Source of the DNA: Bdellovibrionales bacterium
Lineage (GTDB): Bacteria; Pseudomonadota; Alphaproteobacteria; UBA9219; RFNS01
Reading direction: 5' to 3'
DNA length: 37,882 bases
NCBI GenBank assembly: GCA_039808825.1
Contig: JBDHTV010000001.1
Span: 1 to 37,882 of the forward strand
Below, piece by piece: positions 9,526 through 19,195 of this stretch. Position 1 is the stretch's first letter. Every line of letters begins with the position of its first letter. Below the pieces are notes generated by a model. The model ran no database searches. It saw only the letters and a program-made list of their open reading frames with translations, and was not told the origin of the DNA. The position numbers and the translations under genes are program-made.

Positions 9526-10968
9526 TCATTGGCCCTCTGGCACCAGTATGGCTAGGGCAAGATTTTGGGGTTTGCCGCCAAAATTGAGCGTTACGCGGGT
9601 TCGGCTTATGACCTTACCGTAACGCAAAGCAAAATACTGCTCATCCGGATTATTGTCTTCATCCCAAATCACCACGGCGCCTTCCTGCTGTATCCGGAAT
9701 GCCGAGACCCAGGGGCTCAGACTGATTTCTCCCATGTTGGATACTTGCGGCCGGAAACGACTGTACCAAGCCGCGTTGCCGCCGAACCAGTTATCACTCA
9801 TCACCACGTTGAGCGGCAAACGCCAGCCTTGCTTCATCCATAGATCGTCAGCCGCGCGCGCCAGCTCCCGCCCGGGGAAATTTGTGCGCCAGCAAGGAAA
9901 ACCAAAGGGCGCACTGAATCGAGCCCCAATCACCAGGCAAAGCGGAACAACCGCCAGCGCCACCCCATACAACAAGCTTGCTTTACGGCTTCTGTCCCAG
10001 CTTGGCTGCCAGCGCAAAGCGCACCACAGGCCGATGAAAGGCCACAAGGACATACCCCACATGTCACGCGGCTTGCCTCCAAGCACCAAAGCCGCGAGCA
10101 GCATGACGGCCAGCGGCACCCAACACAGCATGGTCAGATAACGCGTGCCAGGCGACGGCAGAACCGGCCGCGGGTTGCGGGCCAGCCAGCACAGCAACGC
10201 CACGGGCGAGACGATGAGCAACTGATTGAGCCCAAACAGGCCGACATAAAGCATTGTCTGCCAGAAATGCTCGACCGGTATGGCGCGCGACTCGGCATAA
10301 GCCAGCGGCAACCAGTTCGACTCCACGAGCCAGATAAAATGCGGCAGGAAAATCAGCGCGGCTACCAACCCGCCGAGCCACGGGCCTGGCGTATAGAGCA
10401 CGCGCCGCGCCACCGGCTCACAGAGCAGAAAGAGCGGGAAACTCAACAACAACAGGGCAAAGCTGTATTTGCCCAACATGCCCAGCGCGGCGCATAGACC
10501 GAATAACGCCCAATCCCACCAGCGCCCCTCCGTACACCCGCGCCAGAAAAACAGGCCACATAAGGCATAGAGCGGGATTTGCACGACATTCGGGTTAAAT
10601 TCAGTAAAAGCGATGGTGAAATAGAGACAGCCGGACATCGCCATCAGCCCGACGCTGACGGCGCTTATCGGCAACAGCATTTTACCCAGTTGCCACAGGG
10701 CAGCATAGGTCAGAACCAGCGCGCAGCCGCCCAGCGCATAGATGCCGAGATCGCTCTGACCGCCGAGGATCGCAGCGCATTCGAGCAGCCACGCCTGCAA
10801 CGGCGGATGCTTATAGGTGCCGATCGGCCAGGCATGGCCCCAGGCTAACCCCTCGATCGTATCAAGCGGCAGATTCTGGAAAACCAACGCGGGCAGCAGC
10901 GTCCACAACAGCCCCTGCCCGACCGCATGCAACCAGAAGCGCTGCGCGTCAGTCAGGCTGATGGTCAT
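9526..10968 (-). CDS. ArnT-like (GT39/GT83-type) polytopic membrane glycosyltransferase
   Basis: Roughly a dozen hydrophobic segments, with an ArnT/PMT-like N-terminal region (HPPLQAW, GKYSF). The start is set at the ATG at 10968 (MTISLTD), which has an AAGGA SD 8 nt upstream. It overlaps the stop of the upstream GT2 gene by 20 nt. Confidence 0.7.
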   Translation of the reverse strand: MTISLTDAQRFWLHAVGQGLLWTLLPALVFQNLPLDTIEGLAWGHAWPIGTYKHPPLQAWLLECAAILGGQSDLGIYALGGCALVLTYAALWQLGKMLLPISAVSVGLMAMSGCLYFTIAFTEFNPNVVQIPLYALCGLFFWRGCTEGRWWDWALFGLCAALGMLGKYSFALLLLSFPLFLLCEPVARRVLYTPGPWLGGLVAALIFLPHFIWLVESNWLPLAYAESRAIPVEHFWQTMLYVGLFGLNQLLIVSPVALLCWLARNPRPVLPSPGTRYLTMLCWVPLAVMLLAALVLGGKPRDMWGMSLWPFIGLWCALRWQPSWDRSRKASLLYGVALAVVPLCLVIGARFSAPFGFPCWRTNFPGRELARAADDLWMKQGWRLPLNVVMSDNWFGGNAAWYSRFRPQVSNMGEISLSPWVSAFRIQQEGAVVIWDEDNNPDEQYFALRYGKVISRTRVTLNFGGKPQNLALAILVPEGQ

Positions 10969-11908
10969 CCGGGAATCCTTCGCGCGCGGCAATGAGATAA
11001 AGCGGCCGCGCCTTGACCTCGTTGAACACGCGGCCAAGATATTCGCCAATGACGCCAAGACTGATGAGCTGGATGCCGCCCATGAACAAGACCGCCACCA
11101 TCAAAGAGGCGAAGCCCGGCACATCGACGCCGTAAATCATGGTATCGACGATGAGATAGGCGCCATACACCAACGCGAACAGTGAGAAGCCCACGCCGAA
11201 GGCCGACCACACCTTGAGCGGCACGTTACTGAAGGCGGTAATGCCGAGCACGGCGAAGCCGATCAGGCGCAAAATGGGGAATTGGCTGCGGCCATGCAGC
11301 CGCGGCGCGATTGCGACCGGCACCGTGACGCGCTTGAAGCCAACCCAGCTGACCACGCCCTTCATATAGCGGTTGCGCTCCGGCAGCTGCAGGATGGCCT
11401 GCACCACACGCCGATCATAAAGATTGAAATCGCCGAGCCCCACCGGAATATCGATCTCGCTCATACGCGACATGAAATAATAATAGGCCCGCGTCAGCGC
11501 CCGGCGTAGCGGATGGTCGTGCTCGCGGCCTTGCCGCAGCGTCATCACGATCTCGCCCCCCTCCCGCCAAGCCGCCAGCATACCGCGGATGGTTTCCGGC
11601 GGGTGCTGCAAATCGCAATCGAGCGTGACCACGCATTGCCCGCTCGCCGCTTCGAGCCCGCAATTGAGCGCCGCTTCCTTGCCGAAGTTGCGCGACAGAC
11701 GAATCAGCCGCAGGGCCGGATAACGCGTGCGCAAATCCTGCATCACCGCCCAGCTATTGTCGGTCGAGCCGTCATCGATGGCGATCACCTCGTATGACAC
11801 CCCGTCCGGCGCAAGAACGGCGTGGATTCGGGCGAGTATTTCGGGCAGATTAAGAGCCTCGTTGCGGGCAGGCAGCACCACAGACAAGACAGGGGCGGAA
11901 TGGGTCAT
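10949..11908 (-). CDS. GT2-family polyprenyl-phosphate glycosyltransferase (ArnC / bactoprenol glycosyltransferase-like)
   Basis: LSVVLPARNE...IAIDDGSTD...VTLDCDLQHPPE motifs plus two C-terminal transmembrane helices, which is typical ArnC/GtrB architecture. The start is uncertain (ATG 11908 preferred; GTG 11938 possible). Confidence 0.8.
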   Translation of the reverse strand: MTHSAPVLSVVLPARNEALNLPEILARIHAVLAPDGVSYEVIAIDDGSTDNSWAVMQDLRTRYPALRLIRLSRNFGKEAALNCGLEAASGQCVVTLDCDLQHPPETIRGMLAAWREGGEIVMTLRQGREHDHPLRRALTRAYYYFMSRMSEIDIPVGLGDFNLYDRRVVQAILQLPERNRYMKGVVSWVGFKRVTVPVAIAPRLHGRSQFPILRLIGFAVLGITAFSNVPLKVWSAFGVGFSLFALVYGAYLIVDTMIYGVDVPGFASLMVAVLFMGGIQLISLGVIGEYLGRVFNEVKARPLYLIAAREGFPDDHQPD

Positions 11909-11961
11909 GCAAGGCACGGCATTGTTAAGACAGTCCACAAATTAGGCCGGGCGACCCCTTG

Positions 11962-12804
11962 ATGCAAATGGAAGATTCAGCCCTGAAAGCGATTGTCGTC
12001 TGCGCCGACGATTTTGGCCTCGACAGCGGCATCAGCCAAAGCATCCTCCACCTCGTCGAACAGCGCCGGATCAGCGCCGTCAGCTGCATGGTCAACGGCA
12101 AGGATTGGGAAAAATCGGCCCGGCATCTGCGCGCGTTCCGCGACGAGATCGATATCGGGTTGCACCTGACTCTGACCGAACTGACCCCGCTCACCCAAAT
12201 GTTCCGGCTCGCGCCGGAAGGGCAGCTGCCGCTGCTCGGCAGCCTGCTCCGGCAAACGTTCCTGCGCCAGCTCGACGCGCAGGAAATTGCCTATGAAGCC
12301 CGTCAGCAGGTCGAGGCTTTTGTCGCCGGGATCGGCAAGCCGCCGAGCCATATCGACGGCCACCAGCATGTCCACGTCTTTCCTGTCATTCGCGAAGCCG
12401 TGCTGACGCTGGCGGCAGAATGCGACAGCTATGTCAGGCTCTGCACCACGCCGTGGCAGGCTCAGCGTGCCGGATTGGCGACGCCGGGCAAGGCAATGGT
12501 CATCAATATCATGGCGCGCGGCTTTAACCAGCAGCTGCTGGAACGGCAATTCCGTCACAACCCGCAATTTTTCGGGCTGCATGCGTTCAATCCGGAAGCG
12601 CCGGTCGAGCCGTTGTACCGCGATTGGCTTGCCGCGGCCGACACCGGCTGCCTGATCAACTGCCATCCCAGCACGGGCCTGTTTCTCGAAGATCCGTTGG
12701 CCAGCTGGCGGCAATATGAGCACGGCTTCCTCGCCGGGCCGGCCTGGCCGGAGCTGCTCGCCGCACAGGGCTGCCGCCTCACCCGCCTGCCCTATACGCT
12801 TTAA
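11962..12804 (+). CDS. YdjC/ChbG/HpnK-family carbohydrate deacetylase
   Basis: N-terminal IVVCADDFG, SCMVNG and GHQHVH motifs characteristic of the YdjC-like family. Divergent from the GT2 gene. The ATG at 11962 or 11968 is the likely start. Confidence 0.75.
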   Translation: MQMEDSALKAIVVCADDFGLDSGISQSILHLVEQRRISAVSCMVNGKDWEKSARHLRAFRDEIDIGLHLTLTELTPLTQMFRLAPEGQLPLLGSLLRQTFLRQLDAQEIAYEARQQVEAFVAGIGKPPSHIDGHQHVHVFPVIREAVLTLAAECDSYVRLCTTPWQAQRAGLATPGKAMVINIMARGFNQQLLERQFRHNPQFFGLHAFNPEAPVEPLYRDWLAAADTGCLINCHPSTGLFLEDPLASWRQYEHGFLAGPAWPELLAAQGCRLTRLPYTL

Positions 12805-12881
12805 GGCCCGGCAACTTAAAGTTTTGTGCCGTTCACCATAGTCCGATATATTTCCGACACATTCAGACCTTAAAGCGTGTC

Positions 12882-14909
12882 ATGGCCAAATCCTGGACCC
12901 AAAAACTGAAGGCCCGTCTGGCCAGCTTCCTGCCCGGCAGCAAGAGCAAAGGCGGGCGTCGCGTCAAGCTCAAGCGCCGCCAGCCGCTCGATTGGGGCTG
13001 GGTGGCACGCGCCATGATTCTCTGCACCATCTGGGGCGGCGTTGCGCTCGTCACCATCGTCGGCTGGTATGCTTATGACCTGCCTGATATTCACGAAATC
13101 GAAGGCCGAACCCGCAAACCCTCGATCACCGTTCTGGCCGAAGACGGCACCCGCATCGCCCGCTTCGGCGATTTTTTCGGCGCGCAAGTCCATGTCCGCG
13201 CCATGCCGAAATCGTTGGTTAACGCCGTGGTCGCGGTCGAAGACCGGCGTTTCTACCAGCATTTCGGCGTCGATCCGCTCGGCCTGCTGCGCGCCATTTA
13301 TGTCAATATCCGCGCCGGGCATATGGTGCAAGGCGGCTCCACCATCACCCAGCAGCTGGCCAAGAATTTGTTCCTGACACCGGACCGCACTTTGCGCCGC
13401 AAGATTCAGGAGATGCTGCTCGCCTTCTGGCTTGAGCACGAATATAGCAAGGATCAGATTCTGACCGCTTATCTCAATCGCGTTTATCTCGGCGCCGGGT
13501 CCTTCGGCGTCAATGCCGCGGCAGAGACCTACTTCGCCAAACCGCTGCCGCGTCTGACTTTGTTCGAATCCGCCGTCATCGCCGGACTGCTCAAGGCTCC
13601 GAGCAAATACGCCCCGACCAACGACCCCGAGGCGGCACGCGACCGCGCCAGCGTCGTGCTCAGTACGATGGTCGATGCTGGCTATATCACCGAGGCCGAA
13701 CGCCAACAGGCGCTCGCCACCGCGAGCAAATCAGTCGCACAGCAACAGAAATATGACGGGCGCTATTTCGCGGCCTGGATCGCCGGTCAGGCCCAACAAT
13801 ATGCGCAGACGCTGGGTCAGGATCTTGTCGTCAGCACGACGCTTGACCCGAAGCTGCAGCAGGCCGCAGAACGTTCTCTCGACAAGGCGCTGGCTGACGC
13901 CGCGCGCAAGAAACAGAACACCGAACAAGCGGCCCTGCTCTCGCTGAGCCCGGACGGTGCGATCCGTGCCTATGTCGGCGGCGCCGATTTCGACGATAGC
14001 TCCTACGACCGGGTGAGCAGCGCGCGCCGCCAGCCCGGCTCATCCTTCAAGCCATTCGTATTTCTTGCCGCCATTCTCGACGGGCTGACCCCGGGTTCGA
14101 CCGTCTATGACGGCCCCATCGATATCGGCGATTACGCGCCCGACAACTACAAGGGAAAGTATTACGGCGAAACGACGGCGCGCGAGGCGCTGGCCCATTC
14201 GATGAACTCCGTCGCCGTCAAGCTGATCCAGGAGCATGGCGTGGACAAAGTGCGCCGCATCGCGCGCAAGCTCGGAATCGCCAGCCCGCTCGGGCAGGAT
14301 CTCTCGCTCGCTCTCGGCACCAGCGAGGTTTCGCTCTACGAGATGACGGGCGCCTACGCCGCCATCGCCGCGGGTGGTCAGGCCGTCTCGCCCTACGCCA
14401 TCAAGGAAATTCGCACCCGCGACGGCGTCGTGATCTATCGCCGGACCAATGTCGCGCTGCCGCGCCTCGTCGAAGCCGAAGCCGTCGGCACACTCGTCGA
14501 TATGATGCAGAGCGTGCTGGCCAGCGGCGGCACCGGCGCGGGCGCCGCCATTGGCCGTCCCGCCGCGGGCAAGACCGGTACGACCCAAAGCTACCACGAT
14601 GCCTGGTTCGTCGGCTTCACCGCCGATTACATTACGGGCGTGTGGTGCGGCAACGACGACAACCATGCCATGAACAAGATCACCGGCGGCACCATCCCGG
14701 CCCGCATCTGGCATGATTTCATGCAGACCGCGGAAAGCGGCCTGCCGGTGCGCGACTTGCCCGCGCTGGATCATACCGGGGGATTCTGGACCGCACGCAC
14801 TCCCGGCACGAGCGATAGCGAACACAAACCGACCGCGACCAACGGCCCGGTACTCGACGCCGTGGACAGTGTCGGCGATTTGATTAGCCGTTTGTTGGGT
14901 GGTAGATAG
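12882..14909 (+). CDS. Class A penicillin-binding protein (bifunctional GT51 transglycosylase / transpeptidase)
   Basis: N-terminal membrane anchor. GT51 motifs (EDRRFYQHFGVDP, GGSTITQQLAKN, RKIQEM). Transpeptidase motifs SSFKP (SxxK), SMN (SxN) and KTGTT. 675 aa. Confidence 0.9.
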   Translation: MAKSWTQKLKARLASFLPGSKSKGGRRVKLKRRQPLDWGWVARAMILCTIWGGVALVTIVGWYAYDLPDIHEIEGRTRKPSITVLAEDGTRIARFGDFFGAQVHVRAMPKSLVNAVVAVEDRRFYQHFGVDPLGLLRAIYVNIRAGHMVQGGSTITQQLAKNLFLTPDRTLRRKIQEMLLAFWLEHEYSKDQILTAYLNRVYLGAGSFGVNAAAETYFAKPLPRLTLFESAVIAGLLKAPSKYAPTNDPEAARDRASVVLSTMVDAGYITEAERQQALATASKSVAQQQKYDGRYFAAWIAGQAQQYAQTLGQDLVVSTTLDPKLQQAAERSLDKALADAARKKQNTEQAALLSLSPDGAIRAYVGGADFDDSSYDRVSSARRQPGSSFKPFVFLAAILDGLTPGSTVYDGPIDIGDYAPDNYKGKYYGETTAREALAHSMNSVAVKLIQEHGVDKVRRIARKLGIASPLGQDLSLALGTSEVSLYEMTGAYAAIAAGGQAVSPYAIKEIRTRDGVVIYRRTNVALPRLVEAEAVGTLVDMMQSVLASGGTGAGAAIGRPAAGKTGTTQSYHDAWFVGFTADYITGVWCGNDDNHAMNKITGGTIPARIWHDFMQTAESGLPVRDLPALDHTGGFWTARTPGTSDSEHKPTATNGPVLDAVDSVGDLISRLLGGR

Positions 14910-14915
14910 TCGCGC

Positions 14916-15866
14916 ATGGCCGTTTACACCCAAATCACCCAGCCACAGCTGGCAGACTATCTGCATGCATTCGCCCTGCCGCCGCTCGCCGGTTTTTCCG
15001 GCATTGCTGCAGGCGTTTCGAACACAAATTATCTGGTGAACTTCACCGATGGGCAGAAGCTGATCCTGACCTTATTCGAGGATCGCACGCCGTGGAACGA
15101 TCTGCCCTATTTCATGGCGCTGATGGAGCATCTCGCCGCGCTCGGCATTCCTTGCCCGCGCCCGGTGCGCACACGCGACGGCGACGCGTTGCACGATATC
15201 GCCGCACATCCCGCTGCGATGGTCAGTTTTCTGCCCGGCGCCTCGATCACGCAGCCGGAAGCGCGGCATTGCGCTGAAATGGGCACGCTGCTTGGCCGCA
15301 TGCATCGCGCCGTCGTCGATTTTCCGGTGACGCGGCGTAATAGCATGGGGCCTGAGGTCTGGTGCGATTTGCTCGCGCGCAGCGCCGACGGCACGCAGAC
15401 GACCGCCGACATTATCCATCACGCCGAACAGGTCCGCGCGCAATGGCCGCATGATTTGCCGCAGGGCGCGATCCATGCCGACCTGTTCCCGGACAATGTC
15501 TTTTTTACCGCGGACCGTCTGACCGGCGTCATCGATTTCTATTTCGCCTGCCATGACCATCTCGCCTATGACCTTGCCATCGCGCTCAACGCCTGGTGCG
15601 TCGATAAGCAAGGCCAGCTGCAAAACAGCCTGGCCCGCTCGCTGCTCCATGCCTATCAGGCCGAGCGCCCCTTGACCGCCGCCGAAATCGGCGCGATGCC
15701 GCTGTTGTTACAGGGGGCGGCCTTGCGCTTCCTCGCGAGCCGCCAATATGACTGGGTCAACCGCCCGCCGGACGCGTTACTGACGCCGAAGGATCCGCAG
15801 GAATACCGCCGCATTCTGGCTTTCCATATCGAAAATCCGCTGCTGTTCCCGGACCTGCTGCCATGA
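14916..15866 (+). CDS. thrB: Homoserine kinase, type II (aminoglycoside-phosphotransferase fold)
   Basis: MAVYTQI...L..FL..Y N-terminus, GVSNTNYL, and the catalytic region [12 protein letters not shown] of ThrB type II enzymes. 316 aa. Confidence 0.85.
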   Translation: MAVYTQITQPQLADYLHAFALPPLAGFSGIAAGVSNTNYLVNFTDGQKLILTLFEDRTPWNDLPYFMALMEHLAALGIPCPRPVRTRDGDALHDIAAHPAAMVSFLPGASITQPEARHCAEMGTLLGRMHRAVVDFPVTRRNSMGPEVWCDLLARSADGTQTTADIIHHAEQVRAQWPHDLPQGAIHADLFPDNVFFTADRLTGVIDFYFACHDHLAYDLAIALNAWCVDKQGQLQNSLARSLLHAYQAERPLTAAEIGAMPLLLQGAALRFLASRQYDWVNRPPDALLTPKDPQEYRRILAFHIENPLLFPDLLP

Positions 15867-16318
15867 CGGGAACCTTGATCGAGATTTTCACCGACGGCGC
15901 CTGCAGCGGCAACCCGGGGCCCGGCGGCTGGGGCGCCTTGCTGCGCTGGAAGGATCAGGAAAAAGAGCTCTCGGGCTACGAAAAGGAAACGACCAATAAC
16001 CGCATGGAGTTGATGGCGGCGATCATGGCGCTTGAAAGCCTGAAACGCGCCGCAACCATCAAGCTTTATACCGATAGCAACTATCTCAAAGACGGTATCA
16101 CCAAATGGCTGCCTGGCTGGCAAAAGCGCGGCTGGAAAACCGCCGATAACCAACCGGTCAAGAACAAGGATCTCTGGCAGCGGCTGCAGCAGGCGGCGAC
16201 ACCGCATCAAATCGATTATATCTGGGTGCGCGGCCATGACGGCCACGTCGAGAATGAACGCGTTGATGCGTTGGCCCGCGCCGCGATCAAGGAAGCGCAA
16301 AACGCGCGCCGGGGCTAA
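15863..16318 (+). CDS. rnhA: Ribonuclease HI
   Basis: [28 protein letters not shown] and [12 protein letters not shown] motifs. 151 aa. ATGA start/stop overlap with thrB. Confidence 0.93.
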   Translation: MTGTLIEIFTDGACSGNPGPGGWGALLRWKDQEKELSGYEKETTNNRMELMAAIMALESLKRAATIKLYTDSNYLKDGITKWLPGWQKRGWKTADNQPVKNKDLWQRLQQAATPHQIDYIWVRGHDGHVENERVDALARAAIKEAQNARRG

Positions 16319-16782
16319 TTACTTTCCCAGTCTTCCGGCGGGCCGAGAACTTTAATCGCCGTACCGAAGATATGCGTTTCATAAACGGGCACATAGAGCA
16401 TCTGCCTCTGCTGCACCGTATAACGCAGCACCTGATACTGCGCATGGATGATGGCATCGGCGCCGATGCTGAAGGCCAGCTCCTGCATCTGCTCAATCGC
16501 GCGCCGCGTCGCTTCATCGGGATCGATAAGCTGGTTGCCGCCAAACTCGGCGTAGCCGATGGTGCGTACCGTATCAAGCACGGCGTAGCGATATTTGACC
16601 TCGCCGCTGATGATGCGGATGCCGCGCACCTGCTGCTCGCGCTCGGCTTCCATGGCCTGCGCCCGTGCGGCTTCTTCCTGCTTGGTCCGTTCGGCACGCT
16701 CATATTCAGCGCGCGCTTTTTCGCGTTCCTCACGGGCCTTGCGCATCTTGTCTTTCATCGAGCCCAGCATGGCCGCACCCAC
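16315..16782 (-). CDS. Hypothetical protein: N-terminal charged coiled-coil segment plus a YbjQ/UPF0145-like domain
   Basis: The C-terminal part (A..QM..LA...GADAII...Y......FGTAIKV) resembles the YbjQ family pattern. The N-terminus is a K/R/E-rich helix ([30 protein letters not shown]). The start is uncertain (GTG 16782 or ATG 16770). Confidence 0.45.
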   Translation of the reverse strand: MGAAMLGSMKDKMRKAREEREKARAEYERAERTKQEEAARAQAMEAEREQQVRGIRIISGEVKYRYAVLDTVRTIGYAEFGGNQLIDPDEATRRAIEQMQELAFSIGADAIIHAQYQVLRYTVQQRQMLYVPVYETHIFGTAIKVLGPPEDWESN

Positions 16783-16800
16783 TCAATGTTCCATTGATGA

Positions 16801-17640
16801 CTATACCATACCGATTGCTTGCCAAATACTTACCGGCGCGGCCCCGGCCGCCCGCAGATGCCGCAGCGTAACCGACTGGTCACGCTTGGCATAGCGGCGG
16901 CCTGCGCTATCGGTCAGCAACCTGTGGTGATGATAAGCCGGAACCGGCAAGCCGAGCAAGGCCTGCAACAACCGGTGGACATCCGTGGCGCGCAGCAGGT
17001 CTGTCCCGCGCGTAACGAGCGTCACCCCCTGCGCCGCGTCGTCCACCACGACAGCCAGATGATATGCCGCCGGCGTTTCCTTGCGCGCCAGCACGATATC
17101 GCCAAAATCCTCGGGCCGTGCCTGTTGTGCCCCATGCGCGGCGTCGTGCCAGGCCAGCGGCCCGGCCTGTCGTGCCGCTGCAACCATATCGAGGCGCCAG
17201 CAATAGCTGGCTCCAGCCATCATGCGCGCCTGCCGCTCATCCGGACTGAGCCCGTGGCAGAGGCGCGGATAGCGCGCCCCCTCCGGCCCATGCGGCGCAT
17301 GCCCAGCGGCGGCAATTTCGTCGGCAATTGCCTTGCGGGTACAGAAACAAGGATAGAGCAGCCCCCTCTCGCGCAGCTGCGCCAATGCGGCAGCATAGGC
17401 GGGGAAATTCTGCGATTGCCGCAACACCGGCTCTTCCCAGCGCAGGCCGAGCCAGTGCAAATCCTCGAAGATCGCCGTGATGAATTCCGCATGGCACCGC
17501 GTCGGGTCGATATCCTCGATCCGCAACAGGAACCGCCCACCCTCTCCCGCCTGCTGCGCCGCGAATGCCGCGGCATAGGCATGGCCGAGATGCAGATAGC
17601 CGGTCGGGCTCGGGGCAAAGCGCGTCACCGGCATAGTCAT
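16801..17640 (-). CDS. gluQ: tRNA glutamyl-Q(34) synthetase (truncated GluRS paralogue)
   Basis: RFAPSPTGYLHLGH (HIGH motif) and a GluRS catalytic core, but only about 279 aa with no anticodon-binding domain. The start is set at the ATG at 17640 (MTMPVTRF), which overlaps the upstream stop as ATGA. Confidence 0.85.
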   Translation of the reverse strand: MTMPVTRFAPSPTGYLHLGHAYAAAFAAQQAGEGGRFLLRIEDIDPTRCHAEFITAIFEDLHWLGLRWEEPVLRQSQNFPAYAAALAQLRERGLLYPCFCTRKAIADEIAAAGHAPHGPEGARYPRLCHGLSPDERQARMMAGASYCWRLDMVAAARQAGPLAWHDAAHGAQQARPEDFGDIVLARKETPAAYHLAVVVDDAAQGVTLVTRGTDLLRATDVHRLLQALLGLPVPAYHHHRLLTDSAGRRYAKRDQSVTLRHLRAAGAAPVSIWQAIGMV

Positions 17641-18296
17641 TCCATCGCGGCGATTTTCTGCAGCACGCCGTGCGCCAGTTCCTGCTCCGGCTGTAAGGAA
17701 AGCGCCTGCCGCGCATCCTTCTTCGCTTGCGCGGGAATATTGAGCTTGAGCCAGCAATCGGCGCGCAGCGCCAGCGCATTGGCGTCGTTGGGCGCAAGCC
17801 GCAGCGCGTAGTCAAGCTCGCGTTTTGCCTCCCAGAATTGTTCGGACTGCATCAGCACGGTCGCGTGGTCCTGCCAGGCTACCGGGTCTTTCGGCGTCAA
17901 TTTAATCACGCGCGCGAAGGCAGCCCCGGCTGACTTCAGATCATTCGCGCGCATGGCGGCCCAACCCGCCTTGCCATAGGCGCGCGCCGCTTCGGCAGGC
18001 TGCGCCTGTTGCGCCGCCAGCTGCAGGAAATATGTGGCGGCCTCATGGTAAGCGCCGATATTGAATTCCGCCGTCGCCGCGCACAGCAAAGCTGCCGCAT
18101 CCCGCGGATTGGCCTTCAGTCGCGCACCAGCCTGCGCCAACGCATGATCGGGCGTCGGCTCGACCTGTTTGAGGCAATCGTCGGGTTCGGCTCGTGCCGG
18201 AGCCGCAAAAAGCAGGAACAATCCCAGCAATGCCCGGGCCGCCTTGCGCGCGCCGGATAAAGCTTCTAGCCTGTTTGTCATGTCGCGTATTTTCAT
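17637..18296 (-). CDS. Secreted TPR-repeat protein
   Basis: Signal-peptide-like ALLGLFLLFAAPARA followed by Ala/Leu-rich 34-aa TPR-like repeats. Translationally coupled to gluQ. Alternative start at 18281. Confidence 0.6.
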   Translation of the reverse strand: MKIRDMTNRLEALSGARKAARALLGLFLLFAAPARAEPDDCLKQVEPTPDHALAQAGARLKANPRDAAALLCAATAEFNIGAYHEAATYFLQLAAQQAQPAEAARAYGKAGWAAMRANDLKSAGAAFARVIKLTPKDPVAWQDHATVLMQSEQFWEAKRELDYALRLAPNDANALALRADCWLKLNIPAQAKKDARQALSLQPEQELAHGVLQKIAAME

Positions 18297-19161
18297 CTTC
18301 GGCCTCGGTTATAGCGCATTGGCGCTCGCAGGGCAGCTGCGAAGTTTAGGCTGGGACGTCGCTGGCACAGCGCGCCGCCCGGACAAGATCGCCGATTTAC
18401 GCCAGCTCGGCTTTACCGTCTACCCTTTCAGCCGCACCACGCCGCTTGGCGTCGGTACCGCCGCGCTCGCCGATTTTCCTTATATCCTCCATTCCGTGCC
18501 GCCCGACGATCTCGGCGACCCGGTTTACGATCTGCATAGCTGCGATATCGTCAACCAGAACCCGAATAGCCGTTGGGTCGGCTATCTTTCGACCACCGGC
18601 GTTTATGGCGACCATCTGGGCGCGCGGGTCACTGAGACTTCGACCTGCGCGCCCACCAATCCGCGCACGGCCATGCGTGCCAAGATCGAACGGCGATGGC
18701 TAGAGCTGCAGGAACGCTGCGGCGTTCCGGTGCATATTTTCCGACTGGCTGGTATTTACGGTCCCGGCCGCAACGCGTTGCGCGACCTGCAGCGCGGCCA
18801 GGCCGTCCCCATCGTCAAACCGGGGCACCGCTTCAACCGGATTCATGTCGAGGATATCGCGCAAAGTTTGCTGGCCTCGATGCATAAGCCCGCGCCCGGC
18901 AACATCTATAATCTGGCCGACGACGAACCGGCGGACAGCGCCACCGTCGTGCGCCACGCCGCCGGGTTGCTTGGCTTGCAGCCCCCCACTCCCGTCGATT
19001 TTGCGGCCGCCAATCTCTCGCCGCAAGCGCATAGCTTTTATGCCGACAATAAAATCGTCGATAATACGAAGCTCAAGCAGGAACTGGGCGTTCGGCTCAA
19101 ATATCCGAGTTACCGCGAAGGGCTGCAAGCCCTGCTGGCAACGGAAGCACGTCGCAACTAA
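18280..19161 (+). CDS. NAD(P)-binding Rossmann-fold (SDR / epimerase-like) protein
   Basis: The start is trimmed to the ATG at 18280 so that the glycine-rich dinucleotide loop (IFIFGLGYSALAL) sits at the N-terminus. The later YLSTTGVYGD and FRLAGIYGP motifs are typical of atypical SDRs. Confidence 0.65.
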   Translation: MSRIFIFGLGYSALALAGQLRSLGWDVAGTARRPDKIADLRQLGFTVYPFSRTTPLGVGTAALADFPYILHSVPPDDLGDPVYDLHSCDIVNQNPNSRWVGYLSTTGVYGDHLGARVTETSTCAPTNPRTAMRAKIERRWLELQERCGVPVHIFRLAGIYGPGRNALRDLQRGQAVPIVKPGHRFNRIHVEDIAQSLLASMHKPAPGNIYNLADDEPADSATVVRHAAGLLGLQPPTPVDFAAANLSPQAHSFYADNKIVDNTKLKQELGVRLKYPSYREGLQALLATEARRN

Positions 19162-19195
19162 AGCGTTTTTCCCTTACGCGTAACCCAAAATTCCG

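Noticed and set aside
9538-9552. Sigma-54-like element TGGCAC-N5-TGGC
   Set aside because: The GG-N10-GC spacing is right, but the -12 box deviates from TTGC. The element lies inside the 3' end of the minus-strand ArnT-like gene and points into antisense coding DNA, with no downstream plus-strand gene. A similar TGGCAC-N5-TTCG at 21783-21797 upstream of icd lacks the -12 GC.
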